Shown here: in pieces, positions 62,471 through 64,000 of the stretch
How positions within the stretch are numbered: the stretch's first letter is position 1
How the letters are laid out: each line of letters opens with the position of its first letter
NCBI GenBank assembly: GCA_022605425.2
Contig: JAKIMF020000001.1
Location: 1,984,001 to 2,048,000 of the forward strand
Length of the DNA stretch: 64,000 nt
Source: Hamiltosporidium tvaerminnensis FI-OER-3-3
Taxonomy: Eukaryota > Fungi > Microsporidia
Direction: 5' to 3'
Notes under the pieces: generated by a model
Told to the model about the DNA's origin: nothing
Seen by the model: only the letters and a program-made list of their open reading frames with translations
Databases searched by the model: none
Position numbers and translations under genes: made by a program

Positions 62471-62621
62471 AATCATGTTCATATATGTATTAAGAAACAT
62501 GAAGATAATTTTTAAATAATTACACAAATAAAATTGTAAATCCTAAACAAATCATGTTCATATATTTATTAAGAAACATGAAGATAATTTTTAAATAATT
62601 ACACAAATAAAATTGTAAATT
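62471..62621. repeat. Tandem duplication of 71 bp (period 79) upstream of the ATPase
   Basis: 'aatcatgttcatatat(g/t)tattaagaaacatgaag...aaattgtaaat' occurs at 62471 and 62550 with one mismatch. Confidence 0.9.
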
Positions 62622-62699
62622 GATATCAATATTTTGATTTTTATTTTTTATTTATATATTTTTCAATATCAAATCTCAAAGAAGAAGCCCTACATTTCA

Positions 62700-64000
62700 A
62701 TGAATATATCTTCTGAGCAAAAAAATATTAAAAGTGAAAGTTGCGATGCGAATTTGGTTCTTTCACACGAATATGACAAGAATATTATTAAATCTGAAAA
62801 TAAATCTCATGAAATTTCGTTAGATCATTATTTTTCTACTGGACAAGAAAAAAAACCGCGAAAAGAGAAAATAAAAGATTCGAGGATCGAAGAATTTATA
62901 TTTAGTGCATTGTTTTCTCCACTACAAGATAAACTTTCTCTTATTTTGTTGATTTCTTCTCTTTTGAATTTTCTTCTTGCTTTTTGTCAAAATTGCACCA
63001 AAGAAGATATTTTTGAATTTTTTAATTCTATTTCTGTCATTCTAATTTCATCTTTTCTTGAGGCGTTCCAAGACTATAAAAATGCACTTTTTTTAGAAAA
63101 ATCCCGTTTACTTCTCGCACCCAAAACGCTTGTCCTTAGAAATAAATTGTTAAATGAGGAAACGTATCTTTTTAAAAATGATATAATATATCTTAGACCT
63201 GGAGATATTGTCCCGACTGAATCTTTGCTTATTGAATCCTCAATATTTAAAGAAACAACCACCACTTTTTTAAGTATAAATGAAAGTGCAATTACAGGAG
63301 AAAGTCATTGTATTTTTAAAAAAGTCTTAAAAACTGAAAATTTTAAGAATCTTGATGAAATTTACATGCATTTACAAAAAAATTCTAATTTGGATACCGA
63401 ATGTACATCTGATACATTTTCAAATCCTTCTTCTCATGCCAATATTAAAACAAAATCTTCTCAAAATATTTCTATTTCAAAAGAAGAAGAAGAAAACGAA
63501 ATAAATGGTTGTTTAATGCGTGCCGGGTCTTTTGTAATCCATGGTTCTTCCTATGCTCTTGTTTTAACTGATATGGACAACAACTCTATTTCAGAATTAA
63601 GACAGAAACTAGAAAAATTACATTCACTGAAGAAAAGTTCGTTGCTTCTTACTACAAAGAAATGTGGAGATGTTCTTTCGATTTTTATTGCTTTTTTTTG
63701 TATTATTTTGTTCATCGTTGGAACTTTTAGGAGTGTTTTTGAATTTAATGTGTATTTCAAAGGAGATAGAAGAAATATCGGGGTTTTCAATTTTTTCGGG
63801 TCAATTTTTGTAGAATTATTGGCGAATTTTAAATTTTGTGTTTCTCTAGCTATTACAGCTATTCCAGAAGGTTTGGAATTGACAGCGAGACTCTGTTTAT
63901 CTTATATATCACAGAAATTACAGAAAAAAGGTGTTTTGATTAAAGATAGTCGTAGAATTGAATCGCTGAGTAAAATCACGACCATTTGTACTGATAAAAC
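62700..64000 (+). CDS. P-type (type II, probably Ca2+-transporting) ATPase, 5' part; runs off the window end
   Basis: ATG at 62700 in the same frame as LRPGDIVP, INESAITGES, AITAIPEGL and the phosphorylation site ICTDKT at the window edge. Absent from the ORF track, presumably because no stop is reached. Confidence 0.92.
   Translation, partial: MNISSEQKNIKSESCDANLVLSHEYDKNIIKSENKSHEISLDHYFSTGQEKKPRKEKIKDSRIEEFIFSALFSPLQDKLSLILLISSLLNFLLAFCQNCTKEDIFEFFNSISVILISSFLEAFQDYKNALFLEKSRLLLAPKTLVLRNKLLNEETYLFKNDIIYLRPGDIVPTESLLIESSIFKETTTTFLSINESAITGESHCIFKKVLKTENFKNLDEIYMHLQKNSNLDTECTSDTFSNPSSHANIKTKSSQNISISKEEEENEINGCLMRAGSFVIHGSSYALVLTDMDNNSISELRQKLEKLHSLKKSSLLLTTKKCGDVLSIFIAFFCIILFIVGTFRSVFEFNVYFKGDRRNIGVFNFFGSIFVELLANFKFCVSLAITAIPEGLELTARLCLSYISQKLQKKGVLIKDSRRIESLSKITTICTDK

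Overview
This is very AT-rich eukaryotic DNA, most consistent with a large-genome microsporidian (Hamiltosporidium-like). That is an inference from the CCC motif just before ATGs, a 22-nt intron, the expanded divergent LRR-like family and 'LEGV(S/G/D)' low-complexity repeats. The first ~49 kb is gene-poor and full of retroelements. It holds three full-length but broken copies of an RLE-type (R2/R4/NeSL-like) non-LTR retrotransposon, several older fragments of that family, a decayed APE-RT element of the RTE clade and a 5'-truncated RTE copy. It also has an LRR-like gene and pseudogene, a membrane-protein paralog pair and an orphan Uba1 C-terminal fragment. The last ~15 kb carries housekeeping genes: eIF2B-epsilon, a SWIM-finger gene with a 22-nt intron, an ankyrin-DHHC palmitoyltransferase, a probable RPC4 and a P-type ATPase running off the end. 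The most notable unannotated items are: (i) a ~230-bp bipartite RTE-derived non-autonomous element (5'UTR fused to 3' end, two copies with their own TSDs) that keeps a conserved structured 5' RNA motif; (ii) RLE elements whose shared sequence starts exactly at the ATG; (iii) identical RT-killing lesions in all three full-length copies; (iv) a 4-copy MITE-like family and a 3-copy ~160-bp dispersed repeat; (v) a GC-rich LTR-like or structured island. All alignments were done by eye, so coordinates of degenerate elements are approximate.
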